From an uncultured Ignavibacteria bacterium (GTDB taxonomy: Bacteria; Bacteroidota; Ignavibacteria; UBA10030; UBA6906), in the NCBI GenBank assembly GCA_963780165.1, contig CAWABB010000006.1:395499-459498 (forward strand): a stretch of 64,000 nucleotides of DNA, given 5' to 3'. Each line of letters starts with the position of its first letter. The first letter of the stretch is position 1. Positions 1 through 8,282 of this stretch are shown one piece after another. The notes below the pieces were generated by a model, which was not told where the DNA came from, did not search any database, and worked only from the letters and a program-made list of their open reading frames with translations. The translations under genes and the position numbers were made by a program.

Positions 1-720
1 AATCTCCACCGCGTCAGCATCGTCGCGCGCGATGAAATGCACGTTGCCGCTGTACGATGCCTGTGCCATTGCGCCGCCCAGCTCCTCCGCCGAGATCACC
101 TCGCCGGTGGCTTCCTTGATCACTTCAGGGCCGGCGATGAACAGCTGCCCCGTGCCCTGGACCATCACGATGAAGTCCATCAACGCGGGGGAATACGCTG
201 CGCCGCCTGCACACGGACCGGCAATGACCGCGATCTGCGGGACCACCCCCGAGAGGAGCGTATTATAGTAGAAGATCCTCCCGTAGCCGCGCAGGGAGTC
301 GACGCCCTCCTGGATCCTGGCTCCGCCGCTGTCGTTGAACGCCACGTAGGGGGCGCCGGCCTTCAGCGCCATGTCCATGATCTCGCATATCTTCCGGGCG
401 TGCATCCAGCCGACGCTTCCGCCCATCACGGTGAAGTCCTGCGAGGAGGCGTACACCAGCCGCCCGCGCACCGCCCCGAGCCCCGTGACGACCCCGTCAC
501 CCGGGAGTTCGCGGCCCGCCATTCCGAAGGCCGTCGCGGAATGGGCGACGTAGCGGAACAGCTCATCGTAAAACCCGTTGTCGAAGAAGAGGTGCAGACG
601 CTCGTGCGCCGTCATCTTCCCGGCCTTGTGCTGCGCCTCGATCTTCTCCGGGCCGCCGCCGAGCACCGTGCGCGCGTTCTTCTCGCGCAACACCTGAAGC
701 TTTTCCTGAACTGTCTGCAT
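1..720 (-). CDS. acyl-CoA carboxylase carboxyltransferase (beta) subunit, propionyl-CoA carboxylase / methylmalonyl-CoA carboxyltransferase family; N-terminal ~240 aa, 3' end lies beyond the window start
   Basis: Not in the ORF track because it is truncated. Manual translation of the minus strand from the ATG at 720 gives MQTVQEKLQVLREKNARTVLGGGPEKIEAQHKAGKMTAHERLHLFFDNGFYDELFRYVAHSATAFGMAGRELPGDGVVTGLGAVRGRLVYASSQDFTVMGGSVGWMHARKICEIMDMALKAG... This is the typical N-terminus of PccB/MmdA-type carboxyltransferases. Confidence 0.8.
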   Translation of the reverse strand, partial: MQTVQEKLQVLREKNARTVLGGGPEKIEAQHKAGKMTAHERLHLFFDNGFYDELFRYVAHSATAFGMAGRELPGDGVVTGLGAVRGRLVYASSQDFTVMGGSVGWMHARKICEIMDMALKAGAPYVAFNDSGGARIQEGVDSLRGYGRIFYYNTLLSGVVPQIAVIAGPCAGGAAYSPALMDFIVMVQGTGQLFIAGPEVIKEATGEVISAEELGGAMAQASYSGNVHFIARDDADAVEI

Positions 721-734
721 GCGCTGAGTTCCGT

Positions 735-1139
735 TTATGGATGTTCGCACAGCTCCGTCAGCACGCCGTGACACGACTTCGGATGGATGAACGCGATCCG
801 CAGCCCCTCCGCTCCTGCACGGCCCGTCCTGTCGATGAGCTGCAGTCCTTCGCCTTCGAGGCGCGCCAGGGCTCCGTCCAGACCGCTCACTGCGAAAGCG
901 ATATGATGAATTCCTTCCCCGCGCTTCTCGATGAACTTCGCGATTGGCCCGCCAGGCGACGTGGATTCCAGCAGCTCGATCTTGGTCTGTCCGACCTTGA
1001 AAAACGCCGTCCTGACGTTCTGGTCCGCGACTTCTTCGACGGCATAACAGTCGGTCCCCAGCAGCAAACGGAACCTGGGAATCGCTTCCTCAAGTCTCGC
1101 GACGGCGATCCCGATGTGCTCGATGTGCGTTGGTGTCAT
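735..1139 (-). CDS. mce: methylmalonyl-CoA epimerase (VOC/glyoxalase fold)
   Basis: ORF 735..1181. The segment from M15, MTPTHIEHIGIAVARLEEAI...GIHHIAFAV..., matches the MCE family at ~134 aa. Start taken at 1139; the upstream start at 1181 is possible. Confidence 0.8.
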   Translation of the reverse strand: MTPTHIEHIGIAVARLEEAIPRFRLLLGTDCYAVEEVADQNVRTAFFKVGQTKIELLESTSPGGPIAKFIEKRGEGIHHIAFAVSGLDGALARLEGEGLQLIDRTGRAGAEGLRIAFIHPKSCHGVLTELCEHP

Positions 1140-1199
1140 ATGCTGTCCGTGCAATGCTGAAATGGTTGCTGCCGCCGGCACGCCTCCAACCGCGCGCGC

Positions 1200-2882
1200 T
1201 CAGATGACGATGTGCTCCTTGTACTCCCCGAACACCCCCCGGAGGACGTCGCAGATCTCGCCCACGGTCGCGTATTCCCGAACTGCGTCCAGGATGGGCG
1301 GCATCAGGTTCGCGTCCCCTTCCGCGGCAGTCCGCAACGCCTTCAACGCGCGGGCGACAGCCTCTCCGCTCCTCCGGGCCCGCAGGGCCCTGAGCGAAGC
1401 GCTCTGCTCGTCCTGCACATGGCGATCGATCCGGAGGAGATTCTCCGGAGGCTGCTCCAGTATCTGGTACCGGTTCACGCCCACGACGATCTTGCGTTCA
1501 TCCTCCACTTCACGCGCGTATCTGTACGCCGCCTTCTGGATCTCCATCTGGACGAAACCCGCCTCGATGGCCTCCACCATGCCGCCGAGCGCATCGATCT
1601 GCGCAATCAGGGCGGCCGCGTCGCGCTCGATGGCGTCGGTCATCGCCTCCACGAAGTACGACCCTCCCAGCGGATCGATCGTGTTCGCCGCGCCGCTTTC
1701 GAACGCGACGATCTGCTGCGTCCGCAGCGCGATGCGAACCGAGTCTTCGCTCGGCAGCGCAAGGGCCTCGTCGCGGGAGTTGGTGTGCAGGCTCTGGGCC
1801 CCGCCCAGGATGGCGGCCAGCGTCTGAATCGTGACGCGCACGATATTGTTGTCCACCTGCTGCGCCGTGAGCGTCGACCCGGCTGTCTGCGCGTGAAACC
1901 GGAGCGTCATCGATTTCGGCTGCTTCGCGCCGAAGCGCTCCTTCATGACGCGGGCCCACAGCCTCCTGGCCGCGCGGAACTTGGCCACTTCCTCCAGAAG
2001 ATCGTTGTGCGCGTTGAAGAAGAAGGAGAGCTGCCCCGCGAATGCGTCGACGTCCAGGCCGGCCTGCACCGCCGCGGCCACATAGGCGATTCCGTCGGCC
2101 AGCGTGAATCCCACTTCCTGCGCGGCCGTCGACCCGGCCTCGCGGATGTGATACCCCGAGATCGAGATGGTGTTCCACTTCGGGACTTCCCGCGCGCAGT
2201 AGGCGAAGATGTCGGTAATGAGCCGCATCGAGGGCCTCGGCGGAAAGATGTACGTCCCGCGCGCGATGTACTCCTTCAGAATGTCGTTCTGAATCGTGCC
2301 GCTGATCTCGGTCCGCTTCGCCCCCTGCTTCTCCGCAACCGCGATGTACATGGCGAGGAGCACGGCTGCGGGAGCATTGATCGTCATCGATGTCGACACC
2401 CTGTCGAGCGGGATGCCGTCAAACAACAGTTCCATGTCCGCAAGGCTGTCGATCGCTACGCCAACCTTCCCCACTTCTCCGTCGGCCGGCTGCGCGTCGC
2501 TGTCGTATCCGATCTGTGTCGGCAGGTCGAAAGCCACGGAGAGGCCGGACTGCCCCTGCTCCAGCAGATACCTGTAGCGCGCGTTCGACTCCCGGGCGGT
2601 TCCGAACCCGGCATACTGCCGCATCGTCCAGAGCCTTCCCCGGTACATCGTCGGCTGAATGCCGCGGGTGAAAGGATAGCGTCCGGGAAATCCCAGCCTC
2701 TCGATGTAGTCGGCCTCGCGCGTGTCGGCGGGTGTGTAGAGCGGATTCACCGGAACGAATGAGGTCGTCGTGAACTCCGGTTCGCGTTCGGGAGTCCGAG
2801 CGATCGTCTTCTTGTAGACCGCGCGATCCCATTCCTCGATCGCATTCAAGAGGTCTGCGGTGGCACGAGCGGCATCGGTCAT
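1200..2882 (-). CDS. methylmalonyl-CoA mutase, catalytic (N-terminal TIM-barrel) domain only; no cobalamin-binding domain in this ORF
   Basis: ORF 1200..2972, 590 aa, with family-typical blocks ([44 protein letters not shown]). It ends without the C-terminal B12 Rossmann domain. Start taken at the M of [10 protein letters not shown] (~2882); the track's TTG start at 2972 adds a non-conserved extension. Confidence 0.85.
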   Translation of the reverse strand: MTDAARATADLLNAIEEWDRAVYKKTIARTPEREPEFTTTSFVPVNPLYTPADTREADYIERLGFPGRYPFTRGIQPTMYRGRLWTMRQYAGFGTARESNARYRYLLEQGQSGLSVAFDLPTQIGYDSDAQPADGEVGKVGVAIDSLADMELLFDGIPLDRVSTSMTINAPAAVLLAMYIAVAEKQGAKRTEISGTIQNDILKEYIARGTYIFPPRPSMRLITDIFAYCAREVPKWNTISISGYHIREAGSTAAQEVGFTLADGIAYVAAAVQAGLDVDAFAGQLSFFFNAHNDLLEEVAKFRAARRLWARVMKERFGAKQPKSMTLRFHAQTAGSTLTAQQVDNNIVRVTIQTLAAILGGAQSLHTNSRDEALALPSEDSVRIALRTQQIVAFESGAANTIDPLGGSYFVEAMTDAIERDAAALIAQIDALGGMVEAIEAGFVQMEIQKAAYRYAREVEDERKIVVGVNRYQILEQPPENLLRIDRHVQDEQSASLRALRARRSGEAVARALKALRTAAEGDANLMPPILDAVREYATVGEICDVLRGVFGEYKEHIVI

Positions 2883-3120
2883 GGGCGGCTCTTTCGCTTC
2901 ACGGGGACATCGGGCACTTGAGGGGAAAGAAGCGACATCAGGAGGAATCACGCAAGTTTCATACCAGACCAATGCTGAAGATTCAGGGTTGTCGGGTGAT
3001 TCCCGGAGGCTGCCGTGGGGGGATTTCCTACCGCTGGGAATACCTTCTCAAAAGATGGGGGTATTTGCTCAAATGGAAGGATTCGCGGGAGCAATGAATC
3101 GGCCTGATCCGACTCCCCTG

Positions 3121-3204
3121 GTTGAGGTTGGGCGGGGTGAGGTTGGGCGGGGTGAGGTCGGGCGGAGTGTGGTCGGGAGGAACATGGTCGGGAGGAGTGT
3201 GGCC
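3121..3204. repeat. tandem 15-bp repeat, ~5.6 copies, degenerating 3'-ward (GGTGAGGTTGGGCGG consensus)
   Basis: Read directly: gttgaggttgggcgg / ggtgaggttgggcgg / ggtgaggtcgggcgg / agtgtggtcgggagg / aacatggtcgggagg / agtgtggcc. Intergenic, between the stop of the minus-strand epimerase (3307) and the mutase start (~2882). Confidence 0.8.
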
Positions 3205-3306
3205 ACGCCCGAGCGAGGACTTCCCCGTGTCTGCTTCGCTCAGGTGCGGGCTCGGGCAGGTTCGGCCAGACCCCGGGCTCCGCGCTGCGGGCGTGCGCGG
3301 GTTCAA

Positions 3307-4236
3307 CTAGAGGCCGGGCTTCCTGTCTCGGGCGAAGATAGATGCGAGTGCGCTCGGCAGGTCAGGATAGCGGAACGCGTACCCGGCGTCCAGCGCCTTC
3401 CTCGGGATCACCCGCTGTCCCGAGAGCACGACGACCGACATCTCACCGAGTAGCAGGCGCATGACAAACGAGGGGACAGGAAACCACGAAGGACGGTTGA
3501 GGACACGCGCGAGCTCCCTGCAGAATTCGGACATGCGAACGATGCCGGGCGCTGAGACATTCACCGGTCCCTCGAGCGCGGGATCCCTGATCGCCTTGAG
3601 TATGATGCCGAGCACGTCGTCCAGATGGATCCACGGCATCCACTGCGTGCCGCTGCCGAGCGGTCCTCCGACGAACAGACGGAATGGCAGCGCCATGCGG
3701 GGCAGTGCTCCGCCATCGGCATCCAGCACGATACCGAGCCGGGGGAGGGCCACTCGCGCGCCGGATCGTGCGGCGAGCATCGCCTCCCGCTCCCACTGTA
3801 CGGACAGCTCGGGGAGGAACCCCCTGCCGGAGGGGTACGACTCGAGCACGTCTCCCTGGGGCACGTCGCCGTAATAGCCGACGGCGGAGATGTTCACGAG
3901 CACACCCGGTCGGGCGTGCGCTCCCGCGACCGCGTCAACGATGGCCCGCGTGCTTTTGAGCCTGCTATCCGTGAGCGCCCGCTTTCGGGCCGCAGTCCAT
4001 CTCCCCTCCGCGATCGATTCGCCCGAGAAGTTCACGACCGCATCCGCACCGTCAACGGCCGACCACCATTCACCTTTCGTGACGCCGTCCCACCGGGCCA
4101 TGGTCACGCCGGCCGGAAGCGGCGCCTTCGGAGTGAGCGAGCGGCTAAGGAGGACCACGGAATGCCCGTCCCCGGCCAGTCGCTTGATGAGGCTGCGGCC
4201 GATGAACCCGCTCCCTCCTGCGACGACCACTTTCAT
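3307..4236 (-). CDS. NAD-dependent epimerase/dehydratase, TIGR01777/YfcH-like (SDR superfamily with C-terminal DUF1731-like region)
   Basis: 309 aa. N-terminal Rossmann motif MKVVVAGGSGFIGRSLIKRL. Length and C-terminal conservation are typical of the YfcH family. Last gene of the minus-strand light-response operon. Confidence 0.7.
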   Translation of the reverse strand: MKVVVAGGSGFIGRSLIKRLAGDGHSVVLLSRSLTPKAPLPAGVTMARWDGVTKGEWWSAVDGADAVVNFSGESIAEGRWTAARKRALTDSRLKSTRAIVDAVAGAHARPGVLVNISAVGYYGDVPQGDVLESYPSGRGFLPELSVQWEREAMLAARSGARVALPRLGIVLDADGGALPRMALPFRLFVGGPLGSGTQWMPWIHLDDVLGIILKAIRDPALEGPVNVSAPGIVRMSEFCRELARVLNRPSWFPVPSFVMRLLLGEMSVVVLSGQRVIPRKALDAGYAFRYPDLPSALASIFARDRKPGL

Positions 4237-4248
4237 CCCGGGATCACT

Positions 4249-5406
4249 TCAACGGGTGACAAGAAGGTTTCGAACATTGTAGACGCGCCCCTTCCACCGG
4301 GATCCTTCGCCTGCGAGCACCCACCGCGTGGAATTGACCATGATGCCGATCAGCACCGCCATGGCCAGGGGGTGAAGCAGGGCGGACCAGATTTCCATGT
4401 CGAACCGGACCGCCAGAACAAACCTGATCAGGAGCACCAGGGCTACCTGGGCGGCAACGATCTCCGCGGCGGTGGTCGTCCAGCCGCCTGTCACCGCCAC
4501 ATCAAGCATGATGAGGAACGGGACCACGGACGTCGCGAGGCTGAACAACCCGACGCCGGCCACGGCCGGGATCGAGTACCCGAGTCCGGGGAAGATGTTC
4601 TTTGAGAATCCGTTCCAGATCTCGGTAAGGGATGAGTACATCCGGCACGACACTGCCGTCGCCCCGTAACGAATAGCCAGCCGGCGGCCGGATTCCTTCA
4701 CCCGGCGCGCGAGCCAGACGTCCTCCACCATAGCGGACTTCACCGCTTCGTGTCCTCCTACGGCCTGGTAGGCCTCGCGCTTCCAGAGCATATACTGGCC
4801 GTTGGCCATCGCGATGCGCTCATCGCGCACCAGGCTGATCAGGGGCATCGGGAGAAACGCGAAGGTCACGAAGTGCAGAAGCGGCAGGAGCGCGTGCTCC
4901 CAGAACGTCTCCGTGCGCTGCCGGGGAATGGCGGTGAGGAGATCCGCCCCGGAACGCTGCAGCTCCCCCACGCCCGCTGTGAGGCTGTGCCGGGCATGCA
5001 CGGTGTCGGCGTCCACGAAGAGGAGGAGACGGCCCCGCGCTTCCCGGTAGAGTTGATGGCACGCATAGCTTTTGCCGACCCATCCGTCAGGAAGGGATGT
5101 CCCTTTGACGATCCGGAACCGCCGGTCGCGCGCGACCCACTGCGAGGCGATCGCGAACGTCGCGTCGTCGGAATTGTCGTCCAGGATGACGACTTCGAAG
5201 TTCCCGTAGTCCTGCTCGGCGAGCGTCGATAGCGCGATGCCGATCGTCCGCTCCTCGTTCCGCGCAGGGATGAGCACGGAGACAAGCGGCCTGTCCCACG
5301 GATGCTCGCCGACCGTCAGCGACCGCACGGTGAGCACGTTGACCAGCGCGATCACCGACATGAGGACGATGATACCAAGGACCGCAAGCAGGTACAATTC
5401 TATCAT
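4249..5406 (-). CDS. family 2 glycosyltransferase (GT-A fold) with C-terminal membrane region
   Basis: ORF 4249..5484. Start taken at M of MIELYLLAVLGIIVLM (5406). Motifs VLIPARNEE...EVVILDDNSDD...DADT are typical of GT2. The C-terminal third is hydrophobic. Confidence 0.75.
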   Translation of the reverse strand: MIELYLLAVLGIIVLMSVIALVNVLTVRSLTVGEHPWDRPLVSVLIPARNEERTIGIALSTLAEQDYGNFEVVILDDNSDDATFAIASQWVARDRRFRIVKGTSLPDGWVGKSYACHQLYREARGRLLLFVDADTVHARHSLTAGVGELQRSGADLLTAIPRQRTETFWEHALLPLLHFVTFAFLPMPLISLVRDERIAMANGQYMLWKREAYQAVGGHEAVKSAMVEDVWLARRVKESGRRLAIRYGATAVSCRMYSSLTEIWNGFSKNIFPGLGYSIPAVAGVGLFSLATSVVPFLIMLDVAVTGGWTTTAAEIVAAQVALVLLIRFVLAVRFDMEIWSALLHPLAMAVLIGIMVNSTRWVLAGEGSRWKGRVYNVRNLLVTR

Positions 5407-5470
5407 GATGGCTCTTCCAGGAGGAGCACGACTGCAATCCTTGATGTCAACGGTCAGCTTGCACGGCCTG

Positions 5471-6904
5471 TCAGGGCTTCCCACGTGCGCTCTGAAACAT
5501 CTCGAGCGTCACCTTCCGCTCCACGTCGTGGTCCACGATCGGGCGCGGATAGGACGTGCCGGGAACGAGGCCGGAGGCCTGCCGCTCTGACGCGGTCATC
5601 AGCCACGGCTCGTGAATACGCCCGGGAGGAACGCCCGCCAATTCGGGCAGGTACCGTCGGACGTACACGCCGTCAGGGTCAAACCGCCTGGCCTGAGAGA
5701 TTGGGTTGAAAATGCGGAACCACGGCGACGCGTCCGTGCCCGTCCCGGCGGTCCACTGCCACCCGCCGTTATTCGACGCGATGTCCGCATCAATCAGGCG
5801 GTCGAGGAAGTATCGCTCGCCGTGCATCCAGTGGATGTGAAGGTCCTTCGTCAGGAAGGACGCAACGATCATTCGCGCGCGGTTGTGCATCCACCCCTCT
5901 GTGTTCAGCTGCCGCATGGCAGCGTCCACGACGGGATAGCCGGTTCGCCCCTCGCGCCACGCATCCCGATGCGATCGGCTCCTGCTCCACGCAATCCGGT
6001 CGAACTCAGGCCGGAAGGCACCGCGGACCACATGAGGGTAGTTGCAGATTATAGTAGAGTAAAATTCTCTCCATATCAACTCGCTCACGTAGGTGGCCGC
6101 GTTCGTGCGTCCGTTCACGTCTGCACGGCTCACGGCATCGGCAACGCCATGGTACAGCGTCCGGATGGAGAGCGTCCCGACCGCCAGGTGCTGGGAGAGT
6201 CGCGAGGTGCCGTCCACCGCCAGACAATCGCGCCGCTCACCGTAGTGCAACAGGCCCGTCCGCAGGAACCGCTCCATTGACCGCCCGGCCGCTGCTTCAC
6301 CCCCCGCCCTGTCCGCCCGGGAGAACCCGGGGACGTCCGCAAGACGGGTTGCCCCGGCTACCGAGCCCGGGGACCGCAGGCTCCGAAGAGAAGGGAGCGG
6401 ACGGGGGATCTCTGCCGCTCGCCCCAACCATGCCCGTTTGTACGGCGTGAACACCCTGTAGGGCGCGTTGCTGCCGGCGAGAATCTCCCTTTCCTCATAG
6501 AGCACCGCATCCTTGTACGGCACAAATTGCGTCCCCGCCTGCGCGAGGGAACGCTTGATGCGCTCGTCCCGCGCCCTGGAAACGGGGTCGTACGTGCGCG
6601 TGGCATGGACGGCGGCGGCTCCCACTCTCGACGCCAGGGCCGGCAGTTCGTGCTCGGGATCTCCCTGCAGGACGAAGAGGCGCGACCCGAGCGAGCGCAG
6701 CGATTCGTCCAGATTTGCCATCGCTCCGCGGAGGAACACTCTTCTCGGGCCGTCGTCGCGGTACCGCTCGTCGCGGCTCAGTATCACGACTGGAATGACT
6801 GCGCCGGATCCCTTCGCCGCTTCGGAGAGCGCCAGGTGGTCCTGAACCCGAAGCGCACGGCGCATCCAGACGATGACGGGCCGCTGGCGCGAGTCTTCCG
6901 TCAT
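5471..6904 (-). CDS. phr: deoxyribodipyrimidine (CPD) photolyase, FAD-binding
   Basis: ORF 5471..7081. The conserved region starts at MTEDSRQRPVIVWMRRALRVQDHLAL. Photolyase C-terminal blocks are present: TGYPVVDAAMRQL, WMHNRARMIVASFLTKDL, GGWQWTAGTGTDASPWFRIFNP. Start taken at 6904 (ATG). Confidence 0.9.
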   Translation of the reverse strand: MTEDSRQRPVIVWMRRALRVQDHLALSEAAKGSGAVIPVVILSRDERYRDDGPRRVFLRGAMANLDESLRSLGSRLFVLQGDPEHELPALASRVGAAAVHATRTYDPVSRARDERIKRSLAQAGTQFVPYKDAVLYEEREILAGSNAPYRVFTPYKRAWLGRAAEIPRPLPSLRSLRSPGSVAGATRLADVPGFSRADRAGGEAAAGRSMERFLRTGLLHYGERRDCLAVDGTSRLSQHLAVGTLSIRTLYHGVADAVSRADVNGRTNAATYVSELIWREFYSTIICNYPHVVRGAFRPEFDRIAWSRSRSHRDAWREGRTGYPVVDAAMRQLNTEGWMHNRARMIVASFLTKDLHIHWMHGERYFLDRLIDADIASNNGGWQWTAGTGTDASPWFRIFNPISQARRFDPDGVYVRRYLPELAGVPPGRIHEPWLMTASERQASGLVPGTSYPRPIVDHDVERKVTLEMFQSARGKP

Positions 6905-6965
6905 GAGGTTCTCCCCAGGACCTCCGCCGCCTTGGGAGCCGTATGCGCGATTGGTGCCATACAAC

Positions 6966-7877
6966 CTATGCCTGCGGCATTCCCGTCGCGTGCACGCCGT
7001 CGCTGAACGTACCGATGTATCCGACGAGTTCCCGGGACGACTGGAGGACGGTGGCCTCCACACCCGACGCAGACAACGCATGCGAAGCGCCCGCGCCGCC
7101 GAGAATCATCCGGCCCCCGGTCGATTGCACGGCGTCCGCAATCGCCGCGAGCTCACGCACGATCTGACCCGCGCCGCCAGCATTCGTGATCGAGAGGGAG
7201 ACGACATCCGGGCGCACCTCCTGAAGCGATGCGATGATCGCGTCGACAGGCGTCCGCGCTCCGAGATAGTGCACGTTCCACCCTTCAGATTCGAACAGGT
7301 TCGATGCGCACCGGAGCCCGATTTCGTGCAACTCCTCGCCCAGGCAGGCGCAGAGCACGTGCTTGCCGGCGGGGGGCTTCAGGCAGATCTCTGTCTGCAG
7401 CTTGGCCAGCGCGTCCATCGTTTCATAGGACGCCCTGTGCTCATGACTGATGCCGATTGTGCCGCTGGCCCAGAGCTCGCCGATCTCCTGCATGCCCGGA
7501 CGCAGCACCAGGTCGTAGATGTCCGTCAGCGGGATCCTGTGCTCATACAGGAACGAGAGGAACGCGAACAGGTCGGTGGTGTCCGGGGAAAGCGCCCGCT
7601 CGACGTACATGCGGACAAGCGCGGGGTAATCCCGCCCGAGGATGGCGACCTGAAGCGACTCGGAGAAGCGTTTGTCCCCGGCGTACGCCAGCACGCCGGC
7701 CGGATCGAAGTTGTTCTTCTCGGCGAAGTCGACGACGCTCCTGATCTCATACTTCCTGTGACCGCCCGGGGTCTTCTGGCACGTCAACGTCCCTTCGTCC
7801 GCCCAACGCTTGACGGTCGTCTCTGTTACGCTGAACAGCCGCGCGACGTCCGCCGTGGAGAGGATTGTTTTTCTCAT
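6966..7877 (-). CDS. carH: CarH/LitR-family light-responsive transcriptional regulator: MerR-type HTH fused to an AdoCbl-binding domain
   Basis: 303 aa. N-terminal MerR HTH (TADVARLFSVTETTVKRWADEG). W-x9-EH motif (WASGTIGISHEH), characteristic of the CarH four-helix bundle that caps AdoCbl. Rossmann B12 motif E-x-H-x-x-G (GEELHEIGLRCASNL). Sits immediately upstream of phr in the same orientation. Confidence 0.8.
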   Translation of the reverse strand: MRKTILSTADVARLFSVTETTVKRWADEGTLTCQKTPGGHRKYEIRSVVDFAEKNNFDPAGVLAYAGDKRFSESLQVAILGRDYPALVRMYVERALSPDTTDLFAFLSFLYEHRIPLTDIYDLVLRPGMQEIGELWASGTIGISHEHRASYETMDALAKLQTEICLKPPAGKHVLCACLGEELHEIGLRCASNLFESEGWNVHYLGARTPVDAIIASLQEVRPDVVSLSITNAGGAGQIVRELAAIADAVQSTGGRMILGGAGASHALSASGVEATVLQSSRELVGYIGTFSDGVHATGMPQA

Positions 7878-7895
7878 TGGAGTGTCCCGCTCAGG

Positions 7896-7933
7896 ACGAT
7901 AGCATCGTTACGACCGTTTGATCAAACAGGTCG
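7896..7933 (-). promoter_or_regulatory. putative carH promoter (-35 TTGATC / 18 bp / -10 TATCGT, minus strand) overlapped by a 23-bp near-palindrome cgaccGTTTGATCAAACaggtcg; candidate operator
   Basis: Read from sequence 7911-7933. GTTTGATCAAAC is a perfect 12-bp palindrome with complementary 5-bp flanks. It lies 35-58 bp upstream of the carH ATG and covers the -35-like hexamer. A GC-rich hairpin gtcccgcgccgacgcgcgggac follows at 7933-7954. Confidence 0.4.
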
Positions 7934-8064
7934 TCCCGCGCCGACGCGCGGGACAACCCACCAACTAAGTAAGAATGAGGAACTGACGTTGTGAGGTGAC
8001 CGGACAGGTTTCGAACCGGGGCGCCGCCGGAGATTCCGAGATCCTCTGTGACGAGGTGCGCGGT

Positions 8065-8163
8065 CACTTATCGAAGACCGTGACGGCATAGCCCCGCGCC
8101 TGCAGGCGAATGGCTTCGGCAAGTCCGCCAAAGCCCGATCCTATGATGGCGATCTTTTTCACG
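8065..8163 (-). pseudogene. 32-codon remnant of a phytoene-desaturase (CrtI)-like / FAD amine-oxidase N-terminus (GxGxxG Rossmann) ending in an in-frame stop
   Basis: Minus-strand translation from GTG at 8163: [32 protein letters not shown]. The [18 protein letters not shown].(D/E)K pattern is the typical CrtI N-terminus. No continuation was found in any frame downstream. Confidence 0.55.
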
Positions 8164-8282
8164 ATGGCATGGAATCAGACACGGTAAGAACACGATGCGT
8201 GGCGGTCCGGTTCCCGCCAGGCGGGCCGGGAATGGTTGAATTCAGGGCCTGAGGCAGCCCCTGCTGTAGCCAGCTGCTCCCC

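Noticed and set aside
37-2762. Long plus-strand ORFs (37..771, 1114..1827, 1212..2762) antisense to the carboxyltransferase, epimerase and mutase genes
   Set aside because: Arg/Pro/Gly-rich translations typical of the antisense frame of high-GC genes. The opposite strand carries clearly homologous enzymes.
3028-3310. ORFs 3028..3306 (-) and 3122..3310 (+) across the 15-bp tandem repeat
   Set aside because: Their sequence is dictated by the repeat (PPDHVPPDHTPPDLTPPNL / GEVGRGEVGRGEV). They are intergenic with no start context and more parsimoniously non-coding.
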